A stretch of 64,000 nt of DNA from the NCBI RefSeq assembly GCF_006345805.1, contig NC_043017.1, forward strand, positions 3,348,001 to 3,412,000, written 5' to 3'. The DNA is from Octopus sinensis (lineage: Eukaryota). Every line of letters starts with the position of its first letter. Position 1 is the stretch's first letter. Positions 12,249 through 26,289 of the stretch are shown here, piece after piece. The position numbers and the translations under genes are program-made. The notes beneath the pieces were generated by a model. That model had not been told where the DNA came from, did no database searches, and saw only the letters and a program-made list of their open reading frames with translations.

Positions 12249-12599
12249 GCAAGGCAGAGTGTGAGAGATGACTGTGATGTCTTAGGAGAGAAAGGTGTCC
12301 GCATGGATGATGTTGCCCTTGCATTTAATGATTCTGCAAAGAAACAAGCTTGGAGATGCCAATATGAAAGGCTGCTGATTGTGGAGAATTAATGGGAGGA
12401 GGAGAGCCTGCCAAATGTTGACCCAGTCAAGGGACCAGCAGCCCGAATCAAGAGCACCCTGGCAGATAAAGAAATTAAGGAGATGAAGTCAGGAAAAGCC
12501 CCCGGCCCATCAGGAATCACTGCTGAGATGCTTAAAATATCTGGTGGTGTGGGTTATGGTCTTGTCACCCACATTGTAAATCAGGTATTCATGAATTAA
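12249..12599 (+). pseudogene. RTE-like LINE ORF fragment upstream of the RT domain
   Basis: KKQAWRCQYERLLIVEN*WEEESLPNVDPVKGPA...EMKSGKAPGPSGITAEMLK; GKAPGP-G-TAEMLK motif, one stop. Confidence 0.8.
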
Positions 12600-12633
12600 C
12601 AGTTTTTGTGACATTTTTGCTGCTTTTTAATGA

Positions 12634-12786
12634 AAGGAGTGGCTGTGTGGTAAGTAGCTTGCTTACCAACCACATAGTTCCGGGTGCAGTCCTACTGCAT
12701 GGTTCCTTGGGCAAGTGTCTTCTATTATAGCCTCAAGCTGACCAAAGCCTTGTGAGTTGATTTGGTAGATGGAAACTGAAAGAAGC

Positions 12787-12822
<36 letters not shown>

Positions 12823-12880
12823 TATGTGTGTGTCAGTATTTGCCCCTCCCCCCTCAACATCGCTTGACAACCGATGATGG
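12634..12880 (+). mobile_element. SINE family A, 3' truncated
   Basis: Family A match. Confidence 0.85.
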
Positions 12881-13407
12881 CATATATATATCAAATTAAA
12901 ATTCCAACATAGCCTGATTTTCACATTTTATTATTTACAAGTTTTACAGCTTTACAATATTATAACAATGCTCCGCGAGTGACAACTGTTGTCAATTGTG
13001 GAACACAAGTGTCACTACAACTACTACTACTACTACTAATACTACTACTACATAAAACTGATGATTGTGTAAGACACATAAATACTAATCTTATCACAAT
13101 AAATATATAATATTCTGTTATTAATAATATTGTCAAACTGTAAAAGTTATACATAATAAACCGTGAAAGTCAGACTAGGTTGTAATTTCTCTGATTAGTA
13201 TGTCCTTCCATACACAATCATACAAACTTGGTAGAAAGTTTAATTTTTTTTGTTTTTGTATAGAGTCTGACGAGCTGTCCACAAGGCTGTGGCTTTCATG
13301 AACGCAAAATCTTCGGTAACTCTATGACCAGAATTAAAATTTTGGTTTTAATAATTACTGCTCTATTCTTTAGAGTGTGCTTATTTCCTGATATATGTTT
13401 TATTGAC

Positions 13408-13495
<88 letters not shown>

Positions 13496-13496
13496 A

Positions 13497-13672
13497 GACC
13501 CCCTTCGGTCATGACTGACCGTAGGATTGCACCTAGAAAGTTACCCTCTCAGGCACAAGTCCAGGCAAGGTTGTTTATCGAAGACCAGCAGTCGCCCATG
13601 CATACTGGCCTCCCCTCTCTACGCTACAAGTGTTATCCAAGGGAAAGGCAAAGGGGCCGATACAGCTTGGCA
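13497..13672 (-). mobile_element. SINE family F, 3' part
   Basis: Matches 56866-57186 and 16195-16330. Confidence 0.75.
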
Positions 13673-13830
13673 CCTTAAAATTCATAGTTATTTAATGTTA
13701 TTGCGCCTGCAATCCACCTATGTCACTGCTGATGATATCAGTTTTAAAATTTATCCACAGATGATATGAACAGTAGTGACATCTGATTTCATATCTCAGT
13801 GCTTGACTGTTTCGCTTATATATGTATGTA

Positions 13831-14385
13831 TATAATTTCGAGAAAAACCTCTATTAAATAATTCAATAAAGAAAGATGTTATTCACACCATATAGTTAAC
13901 GAAAATCCTTCAATAACATAAGTTATATTTTTATTTTCGATTATTTATAGATAATACACATATTTTTTTTATATATTTATTTGATAATTAGTATAAGTTA
14001 ATATAAGTACATTTATTCTATTATTATTTTTTATTATTTATTATCTTAGGCCTGATGAGTGACTATATTTTTAAATAGAATTAATTTTAGTTCGATTTAA
14101 TTTAAAATCAAATTGATTTTATTATTATTATCTATTTGAAAATATAGCCACGAAATGCGCGTAGTCTTTTTACTACTATTTACTATTTATTGTACTTAAT
14201 TGATTTTTAGAATATGTTTTTTTTTTATAGTATGTTTTCTATATGGTGTGAATAACATCTTTCATTGTTGAAGTGTTTAATAGAGGTTTTTCTCTAAATT
14301 ATATACATATATTATATATTGTGAAATTTGATTTTAAATCTTAAATTGAATTTTTCCCTGTAAGTTTTGGAACTATATTCCCTTC
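13831..14385. mobile_element. AT-rich element with 65-bp inverted repeats enclosing a hammerhead motif (Penelope-derived?)
   Basis: IR arms 13831-13895 and 14239-14303; related pieces at about 8960-9000 and 36845-36985. Confidence 0.6.
14048..14167 (+). ncRNA. Minimal type I hammerhead ribozyme motif with long stem II
   Basis: AGGC-CTGATGA(14052-58)-GTGACTATATTTT...AAAATATAGCCAC-GAAA(14152-55)-T GCGC G TA|GTCT. Confidence 0.6.
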
Positions 14386-14879
14386 TATGATATATATATA
14401 TATATGTGTATGTATGCATACACACACATATAGATGTGTGTGTATATGTGAGGGTATGTTATTTGTGTCTCCTTGTTTTGACATCACATGATCATTGTAA
14501 ATAAGCATCACTGTTGTATTAGCAGTGTTTATTTCCAATCTTCTATGAAAATATATCTGGCCATGGGGAACATAACAACTAGCTTCTTTTAGTTACTGTC
14601 TACCAAGTTTCACAAGACTTGGTAGAACGTCTTAGTAGAATGTCAGCCTGGGGCTATTGTAGAAATCATTTGCCCAAGGTGCCAGGTAATGGGATTGAAC
14701 CTGAAACTATGTACTTGGGAAGCAAGCTTCTTACCACACAGTCACACTTGTGCCTACATGTGAGAATATAGGAAAGCAAACACAAAATCCAATTTAAAGT
14801 GAATTTAACAGCTTTGTTTGTTATTAAATGGATTTTCTACAATAATTTTGATAACTTTGTTAGGTTTCGGCCAGTAAAG

Positions 14880-15240
14880 GCTCAGGTCATGTCTAACTTA
14901 ATAGCACCACCTGGTGAAATCTTTTAGTCGTATAAGAGGAGATCGATCTGGAAATTTTGGGAGAAATTTTTCCAGAGAACTTTTGAATTCTATGGGATCC
15001 ATTTCCATTTTGATGTATTTTGGTCTGGTATTAAAGAGATCTGGACCAGTTGAGGTAAAAAAAGTAGTTGTAGCATAAGGTTGTTATGTGTCCTGATATT
15101 GGTAGTGGGCGGATAGCACCAGGGGCCAAGTCTTGAGTGGATTTTAAAACAGATGCCAGCATCATTTGTGCAATATTGATGGAATATTTTCCACATCACA
15201 CAAATGATGTAACACTCCCGGCGGCATTGGAGAGAGAAGA
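14880..15240 (-). pseudogene. CR1/L2-group LINE ORF2 C-terminal remnant
   Basis: Minus frame FFTSTGPDLFNTRPKYIKMEMDPIEFKSSLEKFLPKFPD resembles the LFN-LP...FK--LD-FL--IPD end motif. Confidence 0.55.
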
Positions 15241-15669
15241 GATTGTTATTAAATGTATTTTCTACAATATAACTGTTTCAGTTTGAAGACCCTCTCTCAG
15301 ACGGAGAGACAACTATAATTCCAAACACACAAACTGTTGACATTAAACCAGCAGCAAGCTTCAACTGAAAAAAATTCACAACATAAACATTCTCCTTCTT
15401 TCTTTCTTTCTTTCTTTCCTGTTGCAGCATCTTTTTGCCAACTTTCTTCCTCTTTTTAGTATTCTTTCGAAAGTCACATGCACTTTTCTCAACAACCTAA
15501 CCCAATTTTGTGAGCTAATTGCACACTATTAGCTTTTTCACACAGAAACTAGACAACCATAATAATAATAAAACTTCCACAATGTTCCACATCCTTGCAT
15601 TTAGGAGAAGCACGTATACACCTATAGCATACAGACTTCTCAATTCTATATTCAGGTATAAGGCAGTGA

Positions 15670-15875
15670 GCAGGTAAAATCATCAGCACATCAGGTAAAA
15701 TGCTTAGTGGCATTTTGTCTTTACATTCTGAGTTCAAATTCAACCAAAGTCGTCATTGCCTTTTATTCCTTCAGGGTTGATAAACTAAATACCAGTTGAC
15801 TATTGGGGTTGATGTATTCGACTTATCCCCTGCCCCAAAATTGCTTGCTTTGTGCCAAGATTTGAAACCAATATT
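15670..15875 (+). mobile_element. SINE family B, diverged
   Basis: B core TTCTGAGTTCAAATTC. Confidence 0.7.
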
Positions 15876-15879
15876 ATAC

Positions 15880-16192
15880 ATGCACGTAAAAAGCACCATT
15901 CGAGCGTGATCGTTACCAGCGTCACCTTACTGGCACTTGTGCCGAGGTGCAGGTGACATGTAAAAAAAAATAAACACAATTTTTCCATGGCTGTTGCCAG
16001 TACTGCCTGACTGGCCCTCGTGCCGGTGGCACTTAAAAGCAGCCACTACACTCTCGGAGTGGTTGGTGTTAGGAAGGGAATCCAGCTGTAGAAACTCTGC
16101 CAGATCAAGTTTGGAGCCTGGTGCAGCCATCAGGTTCGCCAGACCTCAGTCAAATTGTCCAACCCATGCTAGCATGGAAAGCGGATGTAACA
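15880..16192 (+). mobile_element. Family E repeat with RTE-like 3' end
   Basis: GTTAGGAAGGG.ATCCAGCTGTAGAAAC...CCAACCCATGCTAGCATGGAAAGCGGA; other copies at 37040, 50475 and 59690. Confidence 0.75.
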
Positions 16193-16194
16193 CT

Positions 16195-16330
16195 GGTGGC
16201 ATGGAGACGGGAGGTCAGTATGCATGGGCAACTGCTGGTCTTCCATAAACAACCTTGCCTGAACTTGTGCCTGGCAGGGTAACTTTCTAGGTGCAATCCC
16301 ATGGTCAGTCATGCCCGAAGGGGGGTCTCA
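16195..16330 (+). mobile_element. SINE family F, 3' part
   Basis: Reverse complement of the 13497 copy. Confidence 0.7.
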
Positions 16331-17624
16331 GCACACTTTCAAAGGTTTTCTGGAAGGCAATGAGTGCCAGAAAAAGTGATTTACTCTTAGCAGAATATTT
16401 CTCTTGCAGATGCCTCATTAAATACACGTGTATGTGTGTGTGTGTGTGTGTGAGTGTGTGTGTGTGCATGAGATGTGTGTGAGATGTGTGTGTGTGCATG
16501 TATATATGTATGCATGTCAGCTCCTATCAAACAGTCCAACCCATGCCAGCATGAGAAAACAGACGTTAAATGATGATGATTATGTATGTATGTATGTATG
16601 TATGTATGTATGTGTGTGTGTGTATGTATGTATGTATGTATGTATGTATGTATGTATGTATGTATGACTTAATTAAGCAATGTCTATATAATTTTCTGAG
16701 TGCCTTATATTAGAGGATACATTTCATCAATAGATTATAAAGGGTAAAGAACTTTGAGTAATGTAGTCCTAGATACACAATGCCCGGAAAGAAGTTATGA
16801 TGGTTATTAACTGGAATGTCTTTGGTCATAAGTCTGTCTAGTCAAGGCAGAAATGGGACCAAATAACAACAACAGCAACAACAACTTAATAGTGTATTTG
16901 ACGGATTAAACATTTTGAAAGTTTTGTGTCCTACACTGCACCAAAGTCAGTGTCCTGGAATGGCCTCACCCTAGGGCTAAAACAAACTGGAACACGTGAA
17001 GAACATAACGGTTTTCTTGTGACTGGACATGAACCCAGTAACTGGTTGGCTGGCTTTGTTGTCTGTCTGTCTGTCTGTCGGTCTTTCTGGTGCACTCTTA
17101 TGGAAAACACACGTTCACACAGACACACACAGATGACTGAAAGAGAGAGAGAGAGAGAGAGAGAGAGTAAGAGTAGCGGTGACAGGAGCAGAGATTAAAT
17201 ATAACATTTCAACAGGAAGGAAACAGCTGATCTTATGATGGGTTTTAATAAGAAAACCAGGTCAGGTGTTAGCGAAGTAAACTACTTGTCTACTCGTCTA
17301 CTCGCCTCCTCATCTCATCCTCCTCATCCTCCTCCCCAACACTCTTCTCCGAATGGATTGTCTCACAGTCTATCTATCTATCTATCTATCCGTCACACGC
17401 ACAAACACAAACACATATATTACACACAGACACATGCATATTACAAACAGACGCATGCACTTGTGGAGAGAGAGGGAGGGGGAGGGGGAGGAGAAGGCCG
17501 GGGGTGGGCGGGGGGATCTTTCTGTCTGCTTATTTCATTTCTTGGCTTACTCTGCTGCGACTATCAACACTGTCTGACGAGTTGCATGCCTGTCTGCCTA
17601 TCTGTATGGTTTGCAACCCCACCA

Positions 17625-17995
17625 CCCCCGCCGCCACCACCACCACCACCACCACCAACATCACCACCACCACCACCATCATCACCATCACCACCACCAT
17701 CACCACCACCACCACCACCACCAACATCATCATCACCACCATCACCACCACCATCACCACCACCATCACCACCACCAGCACCACCAGCACCCCCCACCGC
17801 AACCACCCCCACCCCCACCATCATCACCATCACCACCACCATCACCACCACCACCACCACCACCACCACCAACATCATCATCACCACCATCACCACCACC
17901 ATCACCACCACCATCACCACCACCAGCACCACCAGCACCCCCCACCGCAACCACCCCCACCCCCACCATCATCACCACCACCACCACCACCACCA
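17625..17995. repeat. (CAC/CAT)n tract with an internal duplication of about 148 bp
   Basis: AGCACCACCAGCACCCCCCACCGCAACC at 17777 and 17925. Confidence 0.9.
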
Positions 17996-18019
17996 CTGTT
18001 ACCAGTTTTAATTAAATAG

Positions 18020-18240
18020 CTCTCTGTTATTGTTTAGCCCCAGGTCAGCACTAACGATCTAAGGCATTCCATCAATGACCACCCTGTCTTTTACCCATGT
18101 ACAAGCAGTCCAGGACCACATAATCCAAAAAGTTCTTCACTTTTTTTTTTTTCAAGAAGGCGACACAGTGTGATTTGAGGGAGATACAGCTGCTATTTCT
18201 AATAATTCAGATGACCACGTAGAGGCACTTTGCTGGCTTG
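18020..18240 (-). mobile_element. Older SINE-like family G
   Basis: TAGAAATAGCAGC..ATCTCCCTCAAATCACAC and GACCTGGGGCTAAACAA motifs; similar copies near 16770, 34030 and 38010. Confidence 0.6.
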
Positions 18241-18424
18241 TGCTGTATGCCAGTTTATCACTGTAGAATTGGCAGTCATATCATTGTTGTGATCATCATC
18301 ATCATCATCATCATAGTTACGTTTACATCTACGTTGCCATACCTGCACAGGTTATGACAATGGTTCTCACCCATGGCCCATAAAAGATTTTGTTGCCGAA
18401 AATCTTATGTGCAATAAATTGTTT

Positions 18425-19002
18425 AGGCATGGTTGCGTGGTGTGAAGCTTGCTTGTTAACTACATGGTTCTGGATTCAGTCCCACTACATGGTGCCTTGC
18501 TTGGGCAAGTGTCTTCAACTATAGCCCTGAGTTGACCAAAGTTTTGTGAATGGATTTAGTAGACAGAAACTGAAAGAAACTCGTCTTATATATATATATA
18601 TTCTTTAACTTATTTCAGTCATGTGACTGCAGCCATGCTGGAGCACCACCTTTAGTTGAACAAAATGACCCTAGGACTTATTCTTTGTAAGCCTAGTATT
18701 TACTCTATCAGTCTCTTTTGCCGAACTGCTAAGTTACAGGGACGTAAACACACCAGCATCGGTTGTTAAGCGATGTTGGGGGGACAAACACAGACACACA
18801 AACATACATGCACACATATATATATATATACATATATATATATACGATGGGCTTCTTTCAGTTTCCGTCTACCAAATCCACTCACAAGGCTTTGGTCGGC
18901 CTGAGGCTGTAGTAGAAGACATTTGCCCAAGGTGCCATGCAGTGGGACTGAACCCAGAACCATGTGGTTGGTAAGCAAGCTACTTACCACACAGCCACTC
19001 TA
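18425..19002. mobile_element. Two SINE A copies: + (18425-18590) and - (18603-19002)
   Basis: Family A matches in opposite orientation. Confidence 0.85.
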
Positions 19003-19430
19003 TGGAAGTTCAAACATGCTGCTAAGAAACAAAAAAAAGGGCCATATTCCTTGCATATCCAGGCGATATTTCATTTTCAATAATTTTGTTTTTGCTACAT
19101 GAGTGGTGCATTTCTTTGTTGCACATGTAGCCTGCATGTGTTGTCTGTATACAACATGTGATGATGAATGGCATGCTGTTTCGTGTACTTTTCTCCCTTA
19201 TTGCAGTTTGTCATTGAGAGAGAACACACATTGATGAGATAAACACCTGGCTACTTTCCAACTGCTTACAACTTTGTTACATGCAAAAGTGCATTCAGGT
19301 TCAACTTAGAGTGTAAACCTTTCCAATTAGTATTTAGCCTCTCTCCTTCACTAACTCATGCTTGATACACATGGTAAACGGCCCCACATAGTAAATCACT
19401 TGCTAGGAATTTCAACAAAAATCCCTTTAT

Positions 19431-19857
19431 TACCGTAAAACTTCGAGTATAATCCGCATTTTTCCCCCAAAATTTAAAGGTCAAAATCCCTAGTGCGCAC
19501 TATATACGAGGTTAAAAATGAAAAATATTTTCTAAGCAATGTCCGAGTCTCTATTTTGCTGTCCGGCAATTTTTATTCAGATGCATTTTGTGATGTCAGG
19601 CGCGAAAATACCTTAAGCTAAGCCTGAAAGCAATGAAGTCATAAAAGAATCATCCATAATTTGCAGTAAGCAACATTTATTAAACGTTATTACTGCTATT
19701 TCTTTATTTTCTGCAAACAAAATGCACAAAAAAGCTACACGTTTGCATTATGTTATATATACAATAATAATAAAGGACGTTACTGTATACATTTTTACAA
19801 ACCAAGGACATTATATAGACCTCCTTGACTCAAGTTAGAGAAGAGATGCGTATTATG
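19431..19857. mobile_element. Tc2/pogo-like non-autonomous DNA transposon
   Basis: Left end TA-CCGTAAAACTTCGAGTATAATCCGCA; right end TGCGTATTAT truncated by a SINE. Confidence 0.6.
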
Positions 19858-20232
19858 CCATCGCTTGACAACCAATGTTGGTGTGTTTACGTCTCCATAA
19901 CTTAGCAGTTCCGCAAAAGAGACCAATAGAATAAGTACTAGGCTTACAAAGAATAAGTCCTGGGGTCAATTTAATAATAATAATAATAATAATTGTGTAC
20001 AGTGCTCAGGTGCACTACAACTCATCTAAAGTGTATATATAATCAGGTGAAGTTTCGGCGGATTTCGGAAAGCATGAGGGCCTTAAAGGATGCAGTGTCA
20101 TGGCAGTCAACAACTGTCATGGCAGTCAATCACTTGCTAGGAATTTCAACAAAAATCCCTTTATTACCGAAAGGCAGTGCTCCACCATGGCCACAGTCAA
20201 ATGACTGAAACAAGTAAAAGAATAAAAGAATA
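19858..20232 (+). mobile_element. SINE A 3' part split by a minus-strand CR1-like 3' fragment (19972-20127) and a 42-bp templated copy (20128-20169)
   Basis: SINE continues ...GGGGTCAATTT | AAAGGCAGTGCTCC...; insert resembles the 43072-43321 LINE end. Confidence 0.75.
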
Positions 20233-20589
20233 TCTACATACACACACACACACATATATATACATGACTATGTATGTACATCTATACACATGTATGTATG
20301 AAGGGACATTTATGTCCAAATGTCCAAATAAGGGACATTTATGTCCAAAGCATTCCACTTTGATCACCTTTTTGTTTCAGGGACATCTAGGAATACTACA
20401 TTATCCATAGTGCCCTTTATGTTTCCTGTGTAGTCAGGTGTGATTTAAGAGATAGTTGGCTCTCATTTCTAGCAGACTGCACAACCACATAGAGGTTAAC
20501 CTCTTTGCTTTGATTTATTAACGCACACACACGCACATGAGTTTTGTAATTGGTTTGCAAGGTCCCTGATGTGAACTTGAGAGTAATGA

Positions 20590-22135
<1,546 letters not shown>

Positions 22136-22254
22136 GATAAGTCTAAGTAAAGCCAGGATGGAGGATTAGTTTAGGAGTTTGCTTTCTATTCATGAGGCTG
22201 AACATTCAAATGCACAGACTGCTGTCTTAGGCAAGTTTTTTTTTTACTATATAC

Positions 22255-22474
22255 CAGTGCTTTTCAAACTTTTTGCTGGAGCGGAACCCCAAGGAAACAT
22301 TCCACTGGCTCGAGGAACCCCTGTGCAATAATTTAATAGTCTTATGCACACATATCTGCACAGGAGACTTAAAAATTACTGCCGATTTTAGTAGTTTTGT
22401 AACTTCTTGCAGAACCCCTGGACTGTACTGGCGGAACCCTAATGTATCCACGGAACCCTGGTTGAAAACCACTG
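22255..22474. mobile_element. hAT-family MITE, complete, 8-bp TSD
   Basis: TIRs CAGTGCTTTTCAA / TTGAAAACCACTG; TSD CTATATAC at 22247-22254 and 22475-22482. Confidence 0.92.
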
Positions 22475-22644
22475 CTATATACCAACCCAAATGTTGTGAG
22501 TAAAAATAACAAGAACTATGTAGAGCCCCCATCAGATGGATGTTGTTTGTTCCTTCTCGAGCCATGCCTGGCTCATAAGGGCCGGTTTCCCAGTTTCCTT
22601 AGTGCATAGGTTCCCCACCTGGATGTATATATATATACACACAT

Positions 22645-22815
22645 ATATACGACAGGCTTCTTTCAGTTTCCGTCAACCAAATCCACTCACAAGGCTTTGG
22701 TCGGCCTGAAGCTATAGCAGAAGACACTTGCCCAAGGTGCTACGCAGTGGGACTGAACCCGGAACCATGTGGTTGGTAAGCAAGCTATTTACCACACAGC
22801 AACTCCTGCACCTAT
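22645..22815 (-). mobile_element. SINE family A, 5' part (family D tail fragment at 22540-22625)
   Basis: Family matches. Confidence 0.85.
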
Positions 22816-23107
22816 ACGAATAAATAAGTATTAGATTTGACAGAATAATTTGAATGCTAAGGGTTTAAAGTAGGATCTCTTACGTGTGGTACAGTGGGTT
22901 AGAAGGCTCTGATTAATTCAGAGCAATTAAAAAATCTAAGAACAGCAACCAAGGGAAGTAACTCTAATAATCTCAAGCAAATGCAATAAGGAGTGGATCT
23001 GATTTTTTTTTTTTCTTTAATGTGAGACACCTACTGGATGTGCACTTGTATATGCACTCAATATAACTAAGAAAAACTAGAGTGCTCCATGTCATAGGAA
23101 CATATAA

Positions 23108-23778
23108 AGGTAGCGAGCTGGCAGAAACGTTAGCACACCGGGTGAAATGCTTAGCAGTATTTCATCTGCCGCTACATTCTGAGTTCAAATTTCGTCAAGG
23201 TCAACTTTTCCTTTCATCCTTTCAGAGTCAATTAAATAAGTACCAGTTACGCACTGGAGTCAATGTGATCGACTTAATCCCTTTGTGTATCCTTGTTTGA
23301 GCCCCCAGAGGTTTTTCATCTACGTTCTGAGTTCAAATTCTGCCGCGGTCAACTTTTCCTTTCATCCTATCGGGGTCAATTAAATAAGTACCAGTTATGC
23401 ACTGGGGTTGATGTAATCGACTTAAAATCTTTGTGTGTCCTTGTTTGTCCCCTCTGTGTGTGTGGCCCCTTGTGGGCAATAAAGAAATAAAATTCCGCCG
23501 AGGTCAACTTTGCCTTTCATCCTTTCGGGGTCAATTAAATAAGTACCAGTTACACACTGGGTCGATGTAATCGACTTAATCTCTTTGTGTGTCCTTGTTT
23601 GTCCCCTCTGTGTGTAGCCCCTTGTGGGCAATAAAGAAATAAAATTCAGCCGAGGTCAACTTTGCCTTTCATCCTTTTGGGGTTGATTAAATAAGTACCA
23701 GTTACGCACTGGGGTCGATGTAATCGACTTAATCCCTTTGTGTATGTGTGGCCCCTTGTGGGCAATAAAGAAATAAAA
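23108..23778 (+). mobile_element. SINE family B tandem array, one headed copy plus three headless copies
   Basis: Core restarts at about 23312, 23490 and 23641. Confidence 0.88.
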
Positions 23779-24379
23779 AACAAGCAGATGAACCCCCCCC
23801 CCTTTATAATGACACTAGTGTGTGTAGTGTGTGTGTGTGTGCATGTGCGTTGCAGATGTGGCATGCAAGTTATGAAGAGGAGTGAAAACCAAGCCATCCC
23901 AATATTTAACACCGAGCATCCTTGAACACACGCTGGTCAGGCCATCGCAGCATGACTGCCACAGTTCCCCCCATAGACGCACTTCACCGTTATTTCCACA
24001 GTCACATGCCTCATTGGAAACTATTTTAAGTGACAATCGTTGCCTTCACACTTCCTTCCTCCTACTCTTTCTCTTTCTCTCACCCACTTTCTATCTCTCT
24101 CTCCTACCCTCTCTTATTTCTTTTCTCCCTCTCTCTTACTCTATTCCTCCGTTCTCTTCCTCTCTCTCTCTCTTTCTCACACTTTCTTTTCCCTTCGTTT
24201 TTACTCTCATATTTTCTCCTTTCAACTCTCTCTCTTTCTCCCAATTCTTTCCACCTCTCTCTCTCTCTCTCTCTCTCCTTCTCTCCCTGTCTTTCTCTCT
24301 GTCTTTCCATTCTTTCATTCATTGTTTGAGTCATTTGACTGCGGCCTTGCTGGAGCACAAGTAAGAGAGAATGTATATC

Positions 24380-24625
24380 TGTGTGTGTGTGTGTGTTGTG
24401 TGTGTGTGTGTTTGCATCTGCGTTTGTTCCCCGCCCCACCACCACTTGACAACCGGTGTTGGTGAGTTTGCATCCCTGTAACTTAACAGTTTGGCAAAAG
24501 GAGCTGATAGAATGGTTATCTAGGCTTAAAAACCAAGTGCTGGGATTCGATTGACTGACGAGAAATTCAGGGCCATACCCCAGCATCGCTGCAGTCAAAT
24601 TACTGAAAGAAGCAAAAGATAAAAG
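24380..24625 (+). mobile_element. SINE family A, 3' part
   Basis: Family A match, diverged. Confidence 0.75.
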
Positions 24626-24812
24626 CGGTGTGTGTGATTATGCTGTGTGTGTGTGATTATGCTGTGTGTGTGTGTGTGATTATACTGTGTCTATGTGTGA
24701 TTATGCTGTGTGTGTGTGTGATTATGCTGTGTGTGTGTGATTATGCTGTGTGTGTGTGTGTGATTATGCTGTGTGGTGTGTGTGTGATTATGCTCTGTGT
24801 GTGTGCGTGATT

Positions 24813-24849
<37 letters not shown>

Positions 24850-25008
24850 TTATGCTGTGTGTGTGTGATTATACTCTGTGTGTGTGTGTGTGTGATTATG
24901 CTGTGTGTGTGTGTGATTATGCTGTGTGTGTGTGTGTGATTATGCTGTGTGTGTGTGTGATTATGCTGTGTGTGTGTGTGTGATTATGCTCTCTGTGTGT
25001 GCGTGATT

Positions 25009-25073
<65 letters not shown>

Positions 25074-25200
25074 TTATGCTGTGTGTGTGTGTGTGTGTGA
25101 TTATGCTGTGTGTGTGTGTGATTATGCTCTCTGTGTGTGTGTGTGTGTATGTGTGTGTATGCATGTGTATGTGTGTGTAAGTATGTGTGTGTGTGTGATT
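24626..25200. repeat. Minisatellite (GT)n-GATTATGCT
   Basis: About 20 GATTAT(G/A)CT cores separated by variable (GT)n. Confidence 0.92.
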
Positions 25201-25811
25201 AATCTGTACCCATTTTACATTTTGTTACCTATCCGTCTGACAATTATGAAATCAGAAACAAAAATGGGTGCCAAACTGAAGCAAGTCCGAAGGTTGGTTG
25301 TCGACGTCATTGACCAAAGAACATATGTAAGAGGCATACCCCCAACATGATTAAAAACTAATTATTCAACAAAGGAATATAAAGTTCAGTCGATACCAAC
25401 TCCTTGCCATTCACTAAACAAATAAATGATAGCTAAAATGTGTCATAAGGTCAGAGATATTTCAAGGAAAGAATTTTAGTTTATCAGTCAACACCCTCCT
25501 GGTCAATTTCTAGTTCAAATTTTTATCAAACCCAGAGAGATTATATTTTATGATAATTGCTTAGTTTGAGGAAGAAGGATGTTGCCCTTGACATGTTTTA
25601 TTACTTCCATAACTGATAAGAGAAAAAGGATTATGTTAATCCCAGACTAGACACCTAACCCAAATGCTTCAGACGGAGTGGGCTCCGATAAAAGGCACAT
25701 GAGGATAATGTGGTTGTATTAACTTAGGAGATGGATTAAAAATGTGATCAGCAAATTACGTGGTTTGGAAAAAATCATTTTATTTATTTACATTCATTTA
25801 ATAATGTTACA

Positions 25812-26192
25812 ATCATTTCAACTGTGGCCATGTTGGAGCACTGCCTTAAAGGGTTTTTTTTAGTCAAAGAGACCGACTCCAGGGCTTATTCTTTGTAAGC
25901 CTAGTACTTATTCTATCCGCATCTTTTGCTGAACTGCTATGTTACAGGGACATAAACATACCAACATTAGTTGCCAAGTGATGGGGACAAACACAGACAC
26001 ACACAAACATATACATACATATATATATATATATATGGCAGGCTTCTTTCAGTTTCCATCTACCAAATCCATTCACAAGGCTTTGGTCAGTCTGAGGCTA
26101 TGGCAGAAGACACTTGCATATGCAGTGGGACTGAACCCAGAACCATGTGGTTGGGAAGCAAGCTTTTTACCACACAACCACACCTGTGCCTA
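25812..26192 (-). mobile_element. SINE family A, full length
   Basis: Family A match. Confidence 0.88.
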
Positions 26193-26289
26193 TAAAAATG
26201 TGCATAAAATGTGATAACAAAAAACCCTTTTATATGTATATATTGATCATGTTTGGGAATTTTAAAATATTGGGTAAGCACAGTTGAAG

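Noticed and set aside
13263-13314. 52-nt plus-strand exon candidate (SLTSCPQGCGFHERKIF)
   Set aside because: Splice-like ends only; cannot be linked to other exons
17235-18019. 258-aa and 171-aa Pro/Thr/His-rich ORFs
   Set aside because: Open in several frames only because (CAC/CAT)n lacks stops; the internal duplication shifts frame
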